Source: Sedimentisphaerales bacterium
GTDB lineage: Bacteria; Planctomycetota; Phycisphaerae; Sedimentisphaerales; Anaerobacaceae
Direction of reading: 5' to 3'
NCBI GenBank assembly: GCA_963708075.1
Contig: OY970194.1
Span: 512,001-576,000 of the forward strand
DNA: 64,000 nt
Of this stretch, positions 60,469 to 64,000 are shown one piece after another. Numbering within the stretch: the first letter of the stretch is position 1; every line of letters starts with the position of its first letter. Made by a program: the position numbers and the translations under genes. Under the pieces are notes generated by a model. It was not told the origin of the DNA, ran no database searches, and saw only the letters and a list, made by a program, of their open reading frames with translations.

Positions 60469-62580
60469 CTATTTCTCCTTCCGATCTACTGCGGATGCAA
60501 CGCTGAATGTGCAGGTGACTCTCGTCCCACCTCCGGCTCGCGGCTGCACATCGAGGGCCCCTCCGATCATTTCTGCCCGATAGCTCATAACCTGCAATCC
60601 CATTCCTCTACCTCTTGGAAGCTTGGCGGGGAAATCCCGCCCATCATTCTCAATGACCAAAGCAGCACCATCGTGATCGGCGGATAGCTCCAGCAGAATC
60701 TGTTTCGTGTCGCCGTGGCGAATGGCGTTGGTGACCGCCTCCTGGGCGATGCGGTAGAGGTGTATCGCGGCGGAGGGGTCCTTCACCGGGACAGGATTAT
60801 TGCACTTAAAGGCGCACGCGACGCCAAAGATGTTCTGAGTGGTGGCGGCCAGCGTCTGCAAGGCGGACATCAGGCCCTCTTCGTCCAACGACACAGGGTG
60901 GAGTCCGCGCGATAATTGCCGCGTCTGGTTGATCGCTTCGTTCACAAGCTGAGCAATTTCTTTCGCGTTGGCCGCCTCCTCGATGGACTGACGCTGGAGT
61001 TTCCGTTCGAGGACTTTGCTGATGATGGCGATTCCGGTCAGTTGCTGGCCGAGGCTGTCGTGCAATTCACGGCCGATGCGTCTCTGTTCCCGTTCGCTGA
61101 TTTCGAGGATTTCCTTTTCGAGCCGCCTCCGCTGACCGATCTCCTCGCGCAACTGTTTGTTTGTCTGCGTCAGTTCCGTGGTTCGGGCAACGACCCGTCG
61201 TTCGAGGTCCTCATTGAGCTCCCGAATCTCCTGCTCGACCCGCTTCCTGGCCGTGATGTCCTGAACGACTCCAAGCATGCGGACCGCCTTGCCCCCGGCG
61301 TCTCGCATCACATCGCCCGTTTCCGACACCCAGCGCACCGTGCCATCGGGCCAGACGATCCGATGCTCGATCCTGTAGTCGGCGCCGCCCTCCATGCACG
61401 CGTTCACCGAGTTGACCACGAAATCGCGGTCGTCAGGATGTAAGGATTGCAGGAACGCTTCGTACGTGCCCTCGAACTGACCTTTGGCAAAGCCGAACAT
61501 GGGCTCGATGCGCTCCGACCAGAGGAGCTTGCCCGTGACGATATTCCAATCCCAGCTCCCGATGTCGGCGGCTTTCTGGGCGAGGGCGTAGCGTTCCTCG
61601 CTGGTCTTCAAGGCATTTTGCCTTCGCATCCGCTGGACCGCGAGGGCGTAGAGCTTGGCCATCCGGGTGACCGCGTCGAGCTCCCTGTCGGAGTAGCCCC
61701 GATCCGAATTGGCCAAAGCGATCTGGCCGACGACCTTGTCGCCCACCAGCGCAGGCACGGTGAGGAAGTTGCGCAGAGGAATATGCCCTTCAGGCAGCCC
61801 GGTGGAGGCAGAATGCCGGCTGGGCGTATCCGTGTAGAAGCCCCGGCGTGTATTCATCGCGTAGCCGAAGAGGGCGGGATAGCTGCCATCGGGCCGGAGG
61901 CGAAAAACGATGTTTTGCCTGTTTCCCGGGATGCCGCACTGCTCGGCCACCATACCCGTCAACGTGTGGCCGATCATGTCGCCCGTCTCGGAATCGATGG
62001 ACGAGACGAATCCGTGTTCACTGCCGGTCAACTGCCGGGCCTGTGCAAGAACGATGTCCGCGACCTCCTCGATGGAGAACGAAGGATCGATCAGGGCATC
62101 TGCCAGCTCGGCCAGGGCCTGGTTGACGGCCAGGTCCCACTGACGCTCCTGCATCATGTGCTTGTGTTCCGTGACATCCACACAGTACTCGATGATCTGC
62201 GTCACCTTGCCCGCCCCGTCGAAGACGGGAAATGCGTGGACCTCGATGTTCCTCCGATTGCCTTGCTCATCATGGTGAATATGCTCGACGATGGTTGGCT
62301 TGCCGGTCTGTGTGACGATCCCCATGGGGCAGGGGTGGTCCTCAGAATCGCAGGCCGTGTGGCGACCGTGGGTGAGAGCGTGGCACGTGGCCGCACCAGC
62401 CTCATGCATCTGCCGGGCCGCACGGTTGGCCAGCCGGACACGGCGGTCCGCTACATCGATCACGTAGAATGGGTGTGTCAGGGAATCGAGAATGGTCTGG
62501 AGCAGACCGTCGTTCTGGAAAATGGCGCTCTCATTGCGTGGTGATTGGGGGCAAGACCTCATTGGGTCTGTTCCTTTCAT
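60469..62580 (-). CDS. Cytoplasmic PAS/GAF/PAS histidine kinase (HisKA_3)
   Basis: RELHDSLGQ H-box, QEAVTNAIRH, GMGL; Cys/His-rich first PAS. Confidence 0.92.
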   Translation of the reverse strand: MKGTDPMRSCPQSPRNESAIFQNDGLLQTILDSLTHPFYVIDVADRRVRLANRAARQMHEAGAATCHALTHGRHTACDSEDHPCPMGIVTQTGKPTIVEHIHHDEQGNRRNIEVHAFPVFDGAGKVTQIIEYCVDVTEHKHMMQERQWDLAVNQALAELADALIDPSFSIEEVADIVLAQARQLTGSEHGFVSSIDSETGDMIGHTLTGMVAEQCGIPGNRQNIVFRLRPDGSYPALFGYAMNTRRGFYTDTPSRHSASTGLPEGHIPLRNFLTVPALVGDKVVGQIALANSDRGYSDRELDAVTRMAKLYALAVQRMRRQNALKTSEERYALAQKAADIGSWDWNIVTGKLLWSERIEPMFGFAKGQFEGTYEAFLQSLHPDDRDFVVNSVNACMEGGADYRIEHRIVWPDGTVRWVSETGDVMRDAGGKAVRMLGVVQDITARKRVEQEIRELNEDLERRVVARTTELTQTNKQLREEIGQRRRLEKEILEISEREQRRIGRELHDSLGQQLTGIAIISKVLERKLQRQSIEEAANAKEIAQLVNEAINQTRQLSRGLHPVSLDEEGLMSALQTLAATTQNIFGVACAFKCNNPVPVKDPSAAIHLYRIAQEAVTNAIRHGDTKQILLELSADHDGAALVIENDGRDFPAKLPRGRGMGLQVMSYRAEMIGGALDVQPRAGGGTRVTCTFSVASAVDRKEK

Positions 62581-63095
62581 TGGCGCCGTTTCCTGGGACC
62601 ATCCTGCTGTTTACTTCCAAGCATTTTCAGCACCTCATCATAGCCGCCGGCCATGCAAAAGCAACAGAATTCACGACCCCTCCGGGGTCGGTGTACGGCT
62701 GCATTTTGCGGCCGGGCGCCATGTCTACGCTTGCGTAGACATGCTCCATTTGGCGGGACAGGCATGCTTACGCGAGCGTAAGCATGGCATCCGAACCATC
62801 CTGTCTCTTTCTGACACCAGCCGCGCAGCGTGCAGCGACTCGACATGACAAATAACAGGGCTGGCGCGATATTCCGTTACATGTCCCGAGTTGTGCCGGG
62901 ATGTGGGAACAGGGTGTCTCTATGATGTGGATACAGCATGTCGCGTATGTGAATGGCCCGGATCTATAGGGGAATTCCCGATACAAAAAGCAGGACGAGG
63001 CCGGATACAAGAAGCAGATAAGGCCCGATTCATTGAATTCTTGCACCTGCTACGATGGTGCAAGGTTGATAACGCTAAAATTGGAAGGGGATCTT

Positions 63096-63686
63096 ATGAG
63101 TGACAAAGACCTTTTGATACGCTACACAGCAGGCGAGGAAGACGCGTTCCAGGAACTGGTGAGCCGCTACAAGGATAGCGTGTACGGGTTCCTTCGACGG
63201 TTCCTGAGCCGGCCGGACATGGTCGAGGATGTGTTCCAGGAGACGTTCATGCAGTTGTTCGTCAGCCGGGATACATTTGACATCTCGAGACCCTTGCGTC
63301 CGTGGCTGTTCACGATTGCGGCCAACAAGGCCAAGGACGCCCTTCGCCGCATGCAGCATCAGGAATCTGCTCATCTGGGGGACATGTTCAACAGCGACGA
63401 ACATACCATCGAAGATGTGTTGAACACGTTCGAGCATGACAGTCGGATGCCCTATGATAACCTGATTCGGGACGAGACGGCGGATTCGGTCAAGAAGGTG
63501 ATCGCGAGAATGCCTGCGAAGCTACGCGAGATTATCCTGTTGGCCTATTTTCACAAATTCTCGTATGCCGAGATTTCGAAGGTTCTGGGTATTCCCGTGG
63601 GCACGGTCAAGAGCCGGCTGCATACGGCGGTGGGGCGGTTTGCCGAAGATTGGGAAACGGCCGTGATGTGTGAAACCAGGAACTGA
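63096..63686 (+). CDS. ECF RNA polymerase sigma factor
   Basis: EDVFQETF..PWLFTIAAN; SYAEISKVLGIPVGTVKSRL. Confidence 0.93.
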   Translation: MSDKDLLIRYTAGEEDAFQELVSRYKDSVYGFLRRFLSRPDMVEDVFQETFMQLFVSRDTFDISRPLRPWLFTIAANKAKDALRRMQHQESAHLGDMFNSDEHTIEDVLNTFEHDSRMPYDNLIRDETADSVKKVIARMPAKLREIILLAYFHKFSYAEISKVLGIPVGTVKSRLHTAVGRFAEDWETAVMCETRN

Positions 63687-64000
63687 TTGTGATTGGCTCC
63701 GCTGGGGTATGTGCTACGGCAACAGGCACAATGGGGCGACCTGCAACGGCGGAAGCCAAGCCGAGGAACAGGGGTATAAGTCGGGCGATGGATCTTTCCG
63801 GCTTATGCCCCTTGCTATTTCACCGGGGCTGGCTGGATAGCCGCCGGAGAATCTCAATCTTGTTGTCCCACTGATGGGAGTCAACCTCCGCAAGCCAGTA
63901 AATGTCGTCGCCCCAACACTCCCGCCACCATTCCCACATTCTTCTTAGCACTCTCATAGCACACCTTCCTTTTGTCTGGCTGTCCAAGCGTCCTGGTTAC

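Noticed and set aside
62581..63095. Riboswitch or ncRNA in the long divergent intergenic region
   Set aside because: No recognisable conserved RNA motif by eye; an Rfam scan would be needed.

Overview
GC-rich bacterial chromosomal window. The gene content (DUF1080, CotH/lamin-tail proteins, many Tat substrates, ECF-vWA operon) suggests Planctomycetota, probably Phycisphaerae-like; this is inference. No rRNA, tRNA, CRISPR array, integrase or transposase is visible. Left to right: (1) a lower-GC candidate defence islet (DUF5343-like + Swt1-like HEPN, a small hypothetical, a frameshifted TIR gene); (2) a 1.1 kb mosaic of nested REP-like palindromes and short tandem repeats with a sigma70 promoter leading into a Cys-rich HNH-AP2 endonuclease gene; (3) secreted enzymes and a PAS/GAF kinase; (4) a deoxyhypusine-synthase-like + ornithine-decarboxylase-like operon; (5) an ECF sigma / membrane vWA protein / ~2200 aa repetitive protein operon bracketed by two CotH kinase-lamin tail genes; (6) an FKBP_N-cyclophilin chimera; (7) gene remnants, a PIN TA pair, MPG glycosylase, ABC exporter, and an amidohydrolase paired with a pseudo-amidohydrolase; (8) a RelE/HTH TA pair beside a wH-PD-(D/E)XK nuclease; (9) a NarL-type two-component cluster and a second ECF sigma. 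About ten frameshifts are all compatible with +1 single-base insertions, which points to sequence error rather than real pseudogenes. All family calls come from motif recognition by eye, not database searches.
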